64,000 nucleotides of DNA from Malacoraja senta (lineage: Eukaryota), in the NCBI GenBank assembly GCA_038087875.1, contig CM076001.1, forward strand, positions 808,001 to 872,000, read 5' to 3'. Below the pieces are notes generated by a model. That model did no database searches and had not been told where the DNA came from. It saw nothing but the letters and a program-made list of their open reading frames with translations. The stretch's first letter is position 1. Every line of letters starts with the position of its first letter. The translations under genes were made by a program, and so were the position numbers. Positions 1-12,287 of this stretch are shown in pieces.

Positions 1-113
1 GATCACAGAATTTCTCACGACAAAGCGTGAGAAATTTGTGATCAGCGTGAGAGCGTGAGAATTTATCGAAGTGCGTGTGTCTCACGCTCAATGCATGAGA
101 GTTGGCAGCCCTG
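1..113. mobile_element. Terminus of a probable hAT-type DNA transposon, truncated by the window edge
   Basis: Ends in GTTGGCAGCCCTG (reverse complement CAGGGCTGCCAAC, hAT-like terminus) with repeated subterminal GCGTGAGA motifs. Confidence 0.5.
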
Positions 114-204
114 GAGTACATACATGGCAGGATTAGCAAGTTGATACAAATGTGGGTGGTTATGCGGATATTGATGATGATTATGAAAAATTGCAGCAGG
201 CAAT

Positions 205-540
205 TCTCTCTCACTTTGTAAAAAACTTGCCCTGCTAGCTCCTTTAAGCTTTCACCCTGATCTTAATGCGATATCCTGTAGTCTTTGACATTTTCACTTG
301 GTAAGAAGGTTCTGACTTTCTCCCCAATCTATACCTCTCATAACTTTTATATACTTCTATCAGGTCTCCCCTCAACTCCCAGTGCTCCCGAGAAAACAAT
401 CTATAGCTACTACCGTCTAACCCAGGCAGGATTCTGGTAACCTTCTCCGTGGCCTCCGCATCCACCTGTAATGGGGCGACTGGAACTGTACATCATTCAT
501 TCCAAATGCGGCTTAAACAAAGTTTCATAAAGCTGCAAGA
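205..540 (-). mobile_element. Degraded CR1 LINE ORF2 3' fragment
   Basis: Minus-strand translation TRILPGL...LRGDLIEVYK matches the CR1 C-terminal region seen in other copies in this window. Confidence 0.75.
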
Positions 541-955
541 AAATAATCTATTAAACCTGCTGCTGTGTAAGGCTTGAAAAATAGAATTTAAACTACCATG
601 ACTTAATATTAACAGGGGATCAAACATTCTGGATCAATCTTCAAATCATCTCTTATTCCAGTTTTATTGCACCCATAATCTGCCTGTGCCTCATTAAAGC
701 CCTGAATTTACAGAGACAAGTAAATGAATATGCAGCTGATTCTATGTCTCTATATACACAGAATGCAATGGCAAGACTTTAAACTGCAGCCTTTAAAATT
801 CCAGTCTGGTATGTGTTTTCTTTTAATTCCTGACTATGTGTACTTTTTTTCCCCAACAAGTTAGGGGAGCATTTTTATTTCCTAATGTATATGATGTTGT
901 TTTGAATGTTAAGTGCCCATGAAATTGACTGGCTCACCGCATGAGCACCACTGTG

Positions 956-1998
956 TAGCAATGTTACAAAATTTTGAAATTTTAAAAATCAAGTCTGCAA
1001 TTTATCCCATCAGATAAAGCATAAAAAGAAGTTTAATTTGACACCTAATTCACCTTCATATCTTCAGTATTAAAAAAGTTATGGCCATTTTCATACTCGG
1101 AAATTAGCAGCTTCTTCCCTATTGCTTTTCCATTGACTTAACACAAAAGCTGTGATCAAGGACAGTCAAAAGCCCATAACTTTCTTAAAAATTATGAGAA
1201 CTGAAAGAAATTTTCAGTTATTATAGATTGAAGTATTCTGAAACAAATATGAAACAATCTTACTTGATGACCTGAAATAAAAGCATATAATTAGTTAGTT
1301 ACCCAATTGTAGCTAATTACAAAATTCAATTACTAGATCTAAACATCTATCAATTTCGTAAGAAAAGATGAACATTTTTAAATAGCCTAAGTGTCCAAAT
1401 AACATTCACACAAGAATTCACAATATAACATGATTTTTAAATGTCATTGTCATTAATTTATAGGCCAAATGGAAGGAATTTAATGTTTAATTCCCGTAAA
1501 TTAATGGCCATTTAAATCATCTTGCGAGTGAGATTTTCTGGAGCGCGATCAATTGGAACGTTGCATTTGCGGTGAATTTAAACCCCATGTCGGCAGGAAA
1601 AATACTGCCGGTTCGTATGGGGAATAAGTCACCTTCTCGCAATGTGAAATTTTGATTAAAGGTATCCTAAGAAGCACTTTTTAATGACAAAATAAACTGT
1701 GTACCTTGCCTTGTCCCCTACGTGAGGTCCGTCCCGTTGTCGGCGTTCACGGCTTTAGAAGATGATTTTTAATTTACTACAGTAATTAAATTAGTAAGCG
1801 CAGTTTAAAAATAATTCCAGAGAACGGCAGTCGAAGCGATTTTTCTTTAGCATCTAAACAGCCTGTTCAAAATCGATTTGAATAGGCTTCCGAAATACCG
1901 CATTTTAAACCCGCCCCCCTCTCAACGGCGCCAAAGTCGCGCACACGGGCAGTGACAGAACTGCAGCGCCGCTTAAGGTAAGTTTTGTAACATACCTA
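956..1998. mobile_element. Non-autonomous TIR DNA transposon (~1043 bp, hAT-like TAG...CTA ends) with 7-bp TSD
   Basis: Left end TAGCAATGTTACAAAA; right end TTTTGTAACATACCTA (imperfect 16-bp TIR). Direct repeat CACTGTG at 949-955 and 1999-2005. No ORF. Confidence 0.8.
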
Positions 1999-3040
1999 CA
2001 CTGTGCAGCTGGATGGTGTGGTCTAATGTTTGCTTGCCTACTGCGTCAGATCATCTTCCTCCAGTGCAACATAAACCCTCAAAGAACTGCCGTAAACATT
2101 TACATAAAAGCTGAAATTTCAGATAAGTTGTTACTGACAAATAAGTAGCTAAGTTGGGGTGGAAGGAAGTCATGGGTATTAACAGAAGGGCGGAGAGCTG
2201 GAATGTGGCCTGGATTTCCTCAGAGTTTTTCCTGCTACCTTGCTGTGACTTAGCAAGAGGTGAGACAAAATCTTGTTGAATGTATGTTATTCAGCCTTCT
2301 GCCCTATATTTGAGGCAAGGTTAAAATGGTGGAGTTGCAACAATTCTGAAGCAGGCAGGGCATCAGTAAATGAAGCCAGTGAGCAAGAGCAGGCAGGGTA
2401 GTTAACCCAGCCCCTTCAGTCCACTGACAACTGACCATATTGCCAGGGGTTGCCAAATATTTGATATTTCAAGAGACAAAATACAAGAGACAAGAGTCAA
2501 GTGTGTTTTATTTTCATTTGTCCCAGATAGAACAATGAAATTCTTACTTGCTGCAGCACAACAGAATATGTAAACATAGTACACTGTAAACAATATGATA
2601 AACGAGAGAGAGAAAAAAAGTTCATTGCATATATATACACACATATTCCCTCGTACACACACACACACATACAAATATATATCTACATTACCAAATGTCT
2701 GATCTTGACCGCTTTTGGCTCACCGTGCTGTGATTTCCGAGAGAACGCCGCCACCTACGGCCATGATTATCGCCACCTCGCTCAGAGCCCCCCTCCGCCT
2801 TCCGGGACCAGAGGATTTTTCCCATCGATGAAAAATTCATGTTTTTTAAAAAATTGCCATTCTCTCTGCTGCCCCTGCTGGAGGGAGGGGGAGGGACAAT
2901 AAAACCAGGAAGTGGTGTGCCTCACTCAGTCTCTGCAAGATGGAGGAAGCCAGAGGGTCGCGTCTCTCTGAGCTCCGAATAACACTGAATACGTGTCTAC
3001 TCAACTGTAAGTGCCCTTAATGTGGTTTGAAAATGAAAAT

Positions 3041-3660
3041 ATGGTTGGTTTGAAGTGAAAAGGCACTGCCTGCAAATGGTTGTTTGGGGGGTTTGGGTTG
3101 AAGTGAAAAGGCACTGCCCGCAAATGGTTGTTTGGGCGTTTGGGTTGAAGTGAAAAGGCACTGCCTGCAAATGGTTGTTTGGGGGGGTTTGGGTTGAAGT
3201 GAAAAGGCACTGCCTGTAAATGGCTCTTTGGGGGGTTTGGGTTGAAGTGAAAAGGCACTGCCTGCAAATGGTTGTTTGGGGGTTTGGGTTGAAGTGAAAA
3301 GGCACTGCCTGCAAATGGTTGTTTGGGGGGTTTGGGTTGAAGTGAAAAGGCACTGCCTGCAAATGGTTGTTTGGGGGGTTTGGGTTGAAGTGAAAAGGCA
3401 CTGCCTGCAAATGGTTGTTTGGGGGATTTGGGTTGAAGTGAAAAGGCACTGCCTGCAAATAGTTGTTTGGGGGGTTTGGGTTGAAGTGAAAAGGCACTGC
3501 CTGCAAATGGTTGTTTGGGGGGGTTGGGTTGAAGTGCAAAGGCACTGCCTGCAAATGGTTGTTTGGGGGGGTTGGGTTGAAGTGAAAAGGCACTGCCTGC
3601 AAATGGTTGTTTGGGGGGTTTGGGTTGAACTAAAAAGGCACTGCCTGCAAATGGTTGTTT
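3041..3660. repeat. ~48-bp minisatellite, ~13 copies, inside the Helitron
   Basis: Unit GTTTGGGGGGTTTGGGTTGAAGTGAAAAGGCACTGCCTGCAAATGGTT with a variable G-run. Confidence 0.95.
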
Positions 3661-3946
3661 GTCTAAACTTGACAACTTCCTGTTTGCACTATATTGATTT
3701 TGGATAAAACGCTACCACTTACGGCTGTGATTTTTGGCTATCTTACTCAGTCCCCCTCTGCTCATCAGGTGCAGAGGATTCTTCCCATCAATGAAAAACA
3801 AAAGTGTTATTAGTGTTTAAAAAATGTTGAGAATCTCTCTCCTGTCAATCATGGCATGAAGACCACACCTTTTCTGGTGGGAGGGGGAGGGATTATAAAA
3901 CCCGTAAGTGTGGGTGTGGCTCAGTCTCTGCATGATGGGGGAGGGA

Positions 3947-5690
3947 AATGATCTTTTTACCACAAATTTTATACCTATTTCAATCAATTCCTATATACTT
4001 ACCTAAGAAGTTTTTTAAAAAACTCGACTCAGATATCACTCATTTTATATGGGACTATAAAGCACATAGAATACAAAAAACCCATCTGAATAAACCTAAA
4101 GTATTGGGGGGTTTAGCACTACCTAATTTTATGTATTATTATTGGTCAGTAAATATTAAAAACATGATTCAACTGATGGATAACTCCGCCCAGCAAGTAG
4201 ACTGGATTGTAATGGAGAAAGAGGATTGCTCCTCTAGAAACATTGGAGCGATCCTCCTCTCTCCAATGAAACTGAATAACATAAATTATAATAAGAACCC
4301 AATTATTCATAGTACAATCCGTATTTGGAAACAAATAAAACAAAATTTAAAATTAAGAAACTTATCACTTTTATTACCTATAGTCAATAACCCTTCGTTT
4401 AGTCCTTCTATTATAGATAAAGCTTATACACAATGGGATAGACTAGGAATTAAAACGCTTGGTGACTTGTATGAAACTGGAAAATTACTTTCATTTCAAC
4501 AATTACAAATAAAATATAAACTCGGAAATAATCAATATTTTAAATATTTTCAAATATGCGACTATTTGAAAAAATATACAAAAGATCATTACAATAATCC
4601 AGGAGATGTATTGGACGAGGCAATGCAGATAAAAGCGGAATCAGCAAACTTAATATCATATTTGTATAATATTATTTTAAATGTACAAATACCACCTACG
4701 GAGGGTATCAGAAGAGACTGGGAACAAGAGTTAGCTATTAAAATTTCAAAGGAAAGTTGGAATGAATACTTATTAAACGTGCATAAATGCTCGATTAATG
4801 TAAGACACACTTTAATACAATTTAAAATTTTACATAGATTATATTATTCGAAAACTAAAATTCATAAAATTTTCCCAAACGTATCATCTATTTGTGATAA
4901 ATGTCAATCCCAAGAAGCAACTATAGCGCACTCATTTGTCTTCTGTACAAAAATTCAAAAATTTTGGAATGAAATTTTTGAAATCTTTACAAAGTTATTT
5001 AAAACAAGACTGATACCCAAAGCAGAATGGATTATCTTCGGAATAACGGAAGATGATCCAGAACTAAATGTGTTTCAAAAGAAATGAATGGACTATGGGT
5101 TAATAACTGGAAAAAAGCTAATTCTAAAATTTTGGAAGAAGGCTCCAATACCAACTATAAATATGTGGATTTCAAATATGTTTGAAACATTACACCTAGA
5201 AGAGATAAGACTCCTCCTAGCAGGTAAACCAGATCACTTCCACCTGACGTGGTCTGCATTTATAGAATTATTACAAACATAGGGTGCAAAAGTACTTTAA
5301 AAAAATTAAAAAATTGAGGTCAGGTAAGGGGGGATGATAGTTGAAGAGTTGGTATGTCCTATTTACGTGATGCTCAAAAAAAAACATTTGTTTTTCTTTT
5401 TTTCTCTTTCTCTTTTCTTTTCTTAGGGCCTATTTCTTAACTCTTTTTCTTTTTGTTTTTAATTTCGCTCTTATAGGGTCTTCGTCCTTTTTTGTTGTTA
5501 TATTTTCTACACTTTTCTACACTTGCACTTTTTCCTTCACTTTCTTCTTTCTTTCAATCTTTTCCTTTTCTAGTGTAAAAAAATAAATAAAGGGAGTACA
5601 TTAATTGTAAGAAGATATAAATGACGAGTATTAATGTATGTGGTTGTAATGTAATGTACTTCTAATAAATAAAAATTAAAAAAAAAAAAA
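3947..5690 (+). mobile_element. 5'-truncated L1-clade LINE (ORF2 C-terminal part, 3' UTR, poly-A)
   Basis: ORF 3948-5087 has LPQILYLFQSIPI, GGLALPNF, FKILHR and the CCHC knuckle CDKC-x8-H-x4-C. It continues in frame at 5088-5282 after a premature TGA, which is TTA in the 44183 copy. AATAAA and poly-A end near 5690. Confidence 0.93.
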
Positions 5691-5919
5691 ATATTGAGAA
5701 TCTCTCTCCTGTCAATCATGGCATGAAGACCACGCCTTTTCTGGTGGGAGGGGGAGGGATTATAAAACCCGTAAGTGTGGGTGTGGCTCAGTCTCTGCAT
5801 GATGGGGGAGGGAGAGGTCACGACTCTGTCTGAGCTGTGAATCAACTGAACACACTGAATGTCTACTGAACTGTGAGTGTGGTGTTTTGTGTGGTTTTAT
5901 GGTGGTTTTTATGGTGGTT

Positions 5920-6272
5920 TCACCCTGCTTGAAATAGTATGAAACTGCATTTGAATGTGGTGGCCTTGCACCCGGCATGAAATGGTATGAAACTGCATTT
6001 GAATGTGGTGTCGTTGCACCCTGCATGAAATGGTATGAAACTGCATTTGAATTTGGTGGCCTTGCACCCTCCTTGAAATGGTATGAAACTGCACTTAAAT
6101 TTGGTGGCCTTGCACCCTGCTTGAAGTGTTATGAAACTGCACTTGAATTTGGTGGCCTTGCACCCTGCTTGAAGTGGTTAGAAACTGCACTTGAATTTGG
6201 TGGCCTTGCACCCTGCTTGAAATGGTAGGAAAATGGATTTGAATTTGGTGGCCTTGCACTCTGCTTGAAATG
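5920..6272. repeat. ~48-bp minisatellite, ~7 copies, inside the Helitron
   Basis: Unit CCCTGCTTGAAATGGTATGAAACTGCATTTGAATTTGGTGGCCTTGCA. Confidence 0.93.
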
Positions 6273-6564
6273 GAATTTCAAGGAATAGCCGTGAGTCAAC
6301 TGCCAGCCCACCAGCCATGAGTGAGCTGCCAGCACATCAGGCGTGAGGGACTGAGCTGCCACCCCAAGAATCCATTTGGCCCACAATGTCCATACTAGCC
6401 CTCTGGAGACCAGTAGTCTCTGCAGCCAACAACACCCATACCAGCGCTCCAGAAAGCCCCCCCCACTGGCCACCAATATTGGAATTGGTGGAGAGGTGGA
6501 ATATTGCGTCGGGGGACCAGCCCTCCCTTGTGAACATGGGACTTAACGGGTCACACTTAGTCTA

Positions 6565-6664
<100 letters not shown>

Positions 6665-7337
6665 ACGAGGGAATACATCTCGTTTATGTATATATACATA
6701 CACATACACATACACATACTCAAAAAAAAACAACAGTAATGTAATAGTAATAATAATAATAATAGTAGTCTATTGGAGTTCAGACCTTATTTGAGGTTGT
6801 AGTGCTTAATAGCCTGATGGCTGCAGTGAAGAAGCTGTTCCTGAACCTGGACATTACAGTTTTCAGGCTCCTGTAACTTCTTCCCAATGGCAGTGGTGAA
6901 ATGAGTGTGTGGCCACGATGGTGTGAATCTCTGATGATGCTGGCTGCCTTTTTAAGGCATTGACTCCGATAAATACCTTTGATGGTGGGGAGATCAGAGC
7001 CGGTGATGGACTGGGCAGTGTTCACAACTTTTTGCAGTCTTTTCTGCTCCTGGACGTACCCAGAATTTACCTGAAAAATTGGCTACCCCACTTAAAATCA
7101 GCATAGGGTACACTTTTTATCATGTATAAATATTTCCTTTTCTTCCACCTTTCCACGAATGCTTCCTTTGCAGATGGGAAGACTTGCAATATGCACATAG
7201 TTGGGTTGGCATTTTTAAAATCTGGCTCACCAGCCAAATCACCAGGATATCAGAACATCCTCATAATCAGATAAGAAGGTGGTGATTGAATTCCTTGGTG
7301 TCCTTCTGCACCTATTTACTAACCATTATTTTATGTC

Positions 7338-7646
7338 TTAGTTTAGTTTAGTTTAGTTTAGAGATGCAGCGCGGAAACAGGCCCTTCGACCCACCGTGTC
7401 CGCACCGACCACACTACCCTACACACACTAGGGACAATTTACACTTATATCAAGCCAATTAACATACAAACCTGTATGTCTTTGGAGTGTGAGAGAAAAC
7501 CGAAGATCTCGGAGAAAACCCATGCGGTCATGGGAATAACATACAAACTCCGTACAGACAGCACCCATAGTTGGGATCGAACCCGGATCTCTGGCACTGC
7601 AAGTGCTGTAAGGCAGCAACTGTACTGCTGCACCACCGTGCAGCCC
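7338..7646 (-). mobile_element. tRNA-derived SINE (V-SINE/HE1-like)
   Basis: On the minus strand: 5' A-box-like GGTGGTGCAGCAGT, B-box GGTTCGATCCC, V-domain-like core and (TAAAC)n tail. Five copies occur in the window. Confidence 0.88.
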
Positions 7647-8904
7647 ACAGTGTCCTTTGTACTTTGGCCCATATGTCCTTTGGTCATATTTTTCCTCAAT
7701 GGCTATTGCATGAGAACATAAGAAACACGACCAGGAGTAGGTCAATCGACTCATTGAACTTGCACTGGCATTAAATAAGATCATGGCGGATCCACTCTTG
7801 GCCCTCACAACTTTTCTGCACTCTCTCCTCACTCCCCCTTAAACATGGTGAATTGGATAACCCTGCTTGTTACTCCTGAAAACAGCAATGTAAAGTGCCG
7901 AGTCGGAATTTGGCCATAGCATTTGCAAGCATTGAGAACAGACGCAGAATCCAACACACTTCAAGGAGTCTTGCATGGTTAAATATTATAAGGCAGCAGG
8001 AAGATGGCCTGAAGACTTTATGATTCAAGTTTTGCCTGTCAACTCTCTTCCATGTTTACTGCTCACCCCTGCTGAGCCTCCTCACAGTCTTACAGCTCGT
8101 TAACTACAACTTGCAAATATCTAGCTACAACATGCAGTTGATAGTTTGAGTTTTCATGTGAAGTGCAACACAAACCTTGGGCCATATGGTCTATTTCTGT
8201 GCTGTGACATCTAATTAAATTATATATTACATTTCCCCTATGTTAAAACTCATATCTTCCCAGGGATTCATACATTAAGCTACTACAATGTGATCATGGT
8301 CATGTAGTGATATCCAGGAATTCCTTTATCCCAGGTAGATAAGGCCAGGTACTTAGTGTAGAAGAAGGGAACGGCAAGTTAGGAGGGAATGGGTGACTGG
8401 AGATTGAGGGTGGGACCACAGTGTTTCGTGGCAGACCGTGGTGTTGCACCTTTCCCCCTGCAGCAGGCCTGGCTCACCCACCGCAGAACCAGAAAACACA
8501 TCCCCAAGAGGTAAGCCGCTGAGGGCTAGAGATAAGCCACTGAGCCCTGTCCATTCCTGAGGGCCAGAGTGGAGGGTGATGAAATTCAAGATGGAGGCGG
8601 AGGTGGTGCAAGGAACAATGAGCTGTTAAGCAGACCAGTGTCTTACTCTTGCGCCCTCAAAAATGCTCATTCTTGATCCAAAGAGAGTGCCAAAGAAATG
8701 AAGATGTAAGGTATATGATGATGACTTACATGCATTAACAAAGTTCTTTTGGGTGCATTATCCTTCTTATTAAAGACTTTAAACAGATGGTGGCAGGTGA
8801 AAGTGATGGTGCTGCCAGAAGGGGGTTGGTAATGGAAGAGATGAAATTTCAGTGAAGAATTGAAAGGATTTGCAGGCCACAATTCACCCAAATTGGATTG
8901 CAGC

Positions 8905-9220
8905 CTCTTGCCCAGAATAGGGGAACGGAGAACCAGAGGGCAAAGGTCTAAGGTGAAGGGGGAACAATTTTATAGTAATCTAAGGGGTAACTTTTTCAGA
9001 TAAAGGGTGGTGGGTGTATGGAACAAGCTGCCGGAGGAGGTAGTTGAAGTAGGGACTATTGGAGCGTTCAAGAAGCAATTAGATAGGTACATGGATAGGA
9101 CAGATTTAGAAGGATATGGGCTAAATGAAGGCAGGTGGGACTAGTCTGGATGCGACGATGGTCGGTGTAGGCAAGCTGGGTCAAAGGGTCTGTTTCCACA
9201 CTCTATGGCTCAATGACTAT
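8905..9220 (+). mobile_element. CR1 LINE 3' end fragment
   Basis: AGGGTGGTGGGTGTATGGAAC...AAGGGTCTGTTTCC segment; closely similar to 30625-30997. Confidence 0.8.
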
Positions 9221-10917
9221 AAATTGGTATCAATTTGCTTCGGGAATTCTTCTCAAATATTTTATGCTGGGCCACACAACAATTTTACTGCAACCACTAA
9301 ATAAACCCTTTTTCACTTAAAATTGAAATCATAATTTTATAAAGTGATGCATAAAAGCAATAATTATGTGAAGGCTTTCACTTGCTCTTATTTATTGATC
9401 AGCACCCAACACTGTAAATGATCCGAATGAAAATATTTGGGATATTTTTTGGTCACGTGAAGATTTGTGCTGATGTTAAAGCTCGTGGTGGAAATCATTC
9501 TGCAAATCAGTAGATTGCATGTAGAGCAAGACAGTGGTAGAGTTAATGTCAAGCATACATTATGCAGTACTAGATTTTAAATTAGTCTGCAGCATGAAAA
9601 AGAGATGCAGGTGTTATAATGTATAGGTTTCTAAGATTCATGAGTGGTGCCAGGAGGCTATTTCTAAACCAAATAGAGAATTGGGATGCATAACCAAGAT
9701 ATCATCATATGAATATAAAAGTCTGCAGTTAGATCCCAATTATGGAAAGTTCACCCTTAGATGTGAAGAGATAGAAAAAATAATCCTGGAAGTAAGTCAG
9801 AGGTAACCCAATAGATTAATACCTAGTTTAATAAAACCCTTAGCTACAGTATTTTGATAGGCTTAGGGAATTGAGTCTTTTAATTTCAGTAAAGTACACA
9901 CTTCGGGGCAGTTTGTGTCATTAAACGATTAGAATAACTTCCCATCTTCTGCATCAAGTGCCATCACTATAAATGGTAAAGTAGCTACTGTAGATTATGT
10001 TCCCCGAGGAGGATAATATCATAGAATGTAAAAGATAGATGCATGGTTGGATAATGTACATGCCATCACAGTTATACCTTTGATACCTCTGCAAATTGGA
10101 CACTTTTTTTAAAAATTGGTATGAATCTTAGAGATATTATTTGTTTCCGTTTCTCTCAGGGCGATTATTTGGCAATTGATGAGCAAGGAACATGAAAGAA
10201 TACGCGGTCTAATTTCACTGCAGCTTAATGGACCAGTTAGCTTTCTCTGGTTGTCTTTTCACTAACTTTTTTTTTTTTATGAGCCCGTATCCTCGTCCTG
10301 TTTCTGACAAGGTGCTTTCATGTCATTGCTCTGGAAGTTACAGTGAGAAATAATGGTGAGGTTACTAGCACTGACTATTGGAAAGGTAAAAAACTGAACA
10401 TTAAATTGGGGGATACAACTATTGACAATTAAACACTGAAATCCAAACATTTCTGGTCTTCTAAGAGATGCTCTATTTTGCAGCCTTCACTTAGCAAATC
10501 TCTCTATTTTTGTGGCCCCTCATCCAAATTGACTTTATCAAAATCCCAATCATCCCATCAATTATCCCAAACCTCCATATGACAAAATCCCAATTATACA
10601 TCCAAAGGAGAGGTAGATCAAATGATGAGACCTGGTCAGCTCACCCACACACATTTCTCACAAAATCAAATTGCATTGCCTGTTAAATATATTAATTAAT
10701 GTATTAAATAGTGCTGCACTATCTATGATTACAATTAAAACACCAGGTAATTGTGCTATAACTCCAGGATAAGCACTCAATTAAGCCCAAAACCAATGTA
10801 TTATCTAACTAAATACACAAACTTACAATAAATGACTCCATAAGCAAAAAAACAGCTACCTACATATTTATTAGCTCTTTAAAAAAAAACTAATCCTGTA
10901 GATGCAAGTATATCATT

Positions 10918-11860
10918 GGAGTTATCAAGTGGGCACCTCCCTTCATTGGTGTTTCATTGAGTTATGCCCATGACACCTCGGGTAGGCTCAACAGTTGGTT
11001 CTGGTATCCCAGAACAACCCCCCTCAATACCTGTTCTCACCACCCATGCTACTAGTATCTACTAAACAAAAGAAGCCACAGCCAATTAGCTCACTCTGAC
11101 AAATGCTCAACACCTGCATCCTATCTTCCACTAATCCTAGCCCATCATTAAGCTTGTAACATCGCAAATATCACCCTTGCATAAACATAGAAACATAGAA
11201 ATTAGGTGCAGGAGTAGGCCATTCGGCCCTTCGAGCCTGCACCGCCATTCAATATGATCATGGCTGATCATCCAACTCAGTATCCCGTACCTGCCTTCTC
11301 TCCATACCCTCTGATCCCTTTAGCCACAAGGGCCACATCTAGCTCCCTCTTAAATAAGACCGGGATACACTTGCACAGACTACAATTACAAAGAAATACA
11401 CATACTGCATGTCATAAGTTTCCTATCTGCCCCCAACTGACACAATTTCTTCTTCACCAAATCCACCTACTGCCTTGCTCTGCTGCCTCTGACATTTACT
11501 TTACAGCCTGACGCAAACTCTGCCATGAATTCCTATCGCTCCAAATAGCGACGTGGTCGATCCCGCTATGAAACCTCTACAATCCACCCCATACCGGACG
11601 TACTCTTGCTCACTGCTCAACTTCTGCTGCCAACTTTACATATCTACGCCTTTTCCTTTCATAAGCCTTATCCACGAAGTTCTCCCAAGGCACCGTCAGT
11701 TCTATAAAATACACCATATGCTGACTAACTGAACATAACACTATATCAGGCCTCAAACTAGTAGTAATTATTTCCTGCGGAACAACAAGCTTTTCTCCTA
11801 AATCTACCCGCATCTCCCAATCATTGGCTCCCCATACCTGACTCATACCTATATGCAAAC
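10918..11860 (-). mobile_element. HERO-like (RLE-encoding) non-LTR retrotransposon 3' fragment, interrupted by a CR1 tail
   Basis: DWEMRVDL...LRPDIVL...IELTVPWE...AYERKRRRY is a PD-(D/E)xK restriction-like endonuclease. Downstream frameshifted segment reads SEAAEQGSRWIW. The extension to 10918 as 3' UTR is tentative. Confidence 0.78.
11183..11356 (-). mobile_element. Short CR1 3' end
   Basis: (AAACATAG)n tail; near-identical to the CR1 ends at 12796, 34939 and 55163. Confidence 0.9.
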
Positions 11861-12287
11861 TTCTCTACCTTTATAAGCAAAATTCCTTATTCTATAGTGA
11901 TCAACTTTTGTTTAAAATTGAGAGATTCTGGGAACCTTTATGAAGCAATTGATACCATACTACTCTCTGTTGCTCTATGTTTTGAGCTTAACCCCACACA
12001 CATGACTATCCTGGAGGTTAAACCTCCATACGACAAATGATATATGGCTACTGGTGACTGGAGCAAGTCACTGCCTGACCACAGTCTCTTACCCAGTAGC
12101 CAACCTACCAATGTCTGCTGGTGCTGACCTGATCTCTATCCCTTCCATACAGTCCTGACTGCTATGGCTGTGTAGTAGTGAATATGTTTTGAAACAATCC
12201 CCTTCTTGGAGTTTTTAGCTATTTCTACATGTTCCCCTTTTACTTTAACCCCTGTTCATGTTCATTCTCCACCCCTCACCACCTCAC

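Noticed and set aside
2997..3707. Repetitive ORFs and a CRISPR-like periodic pattern
   Set aside because: These are contiguous 48-bp tandem units with no unique spacers, no cas genes and a eukaryotic context.
7560..7646. tRNA-like A/B boxes, also at the other SINE heads
   Set aside because: These are SINE Pol III heads attached to a core and tail; no complete cloverleaf is evident.
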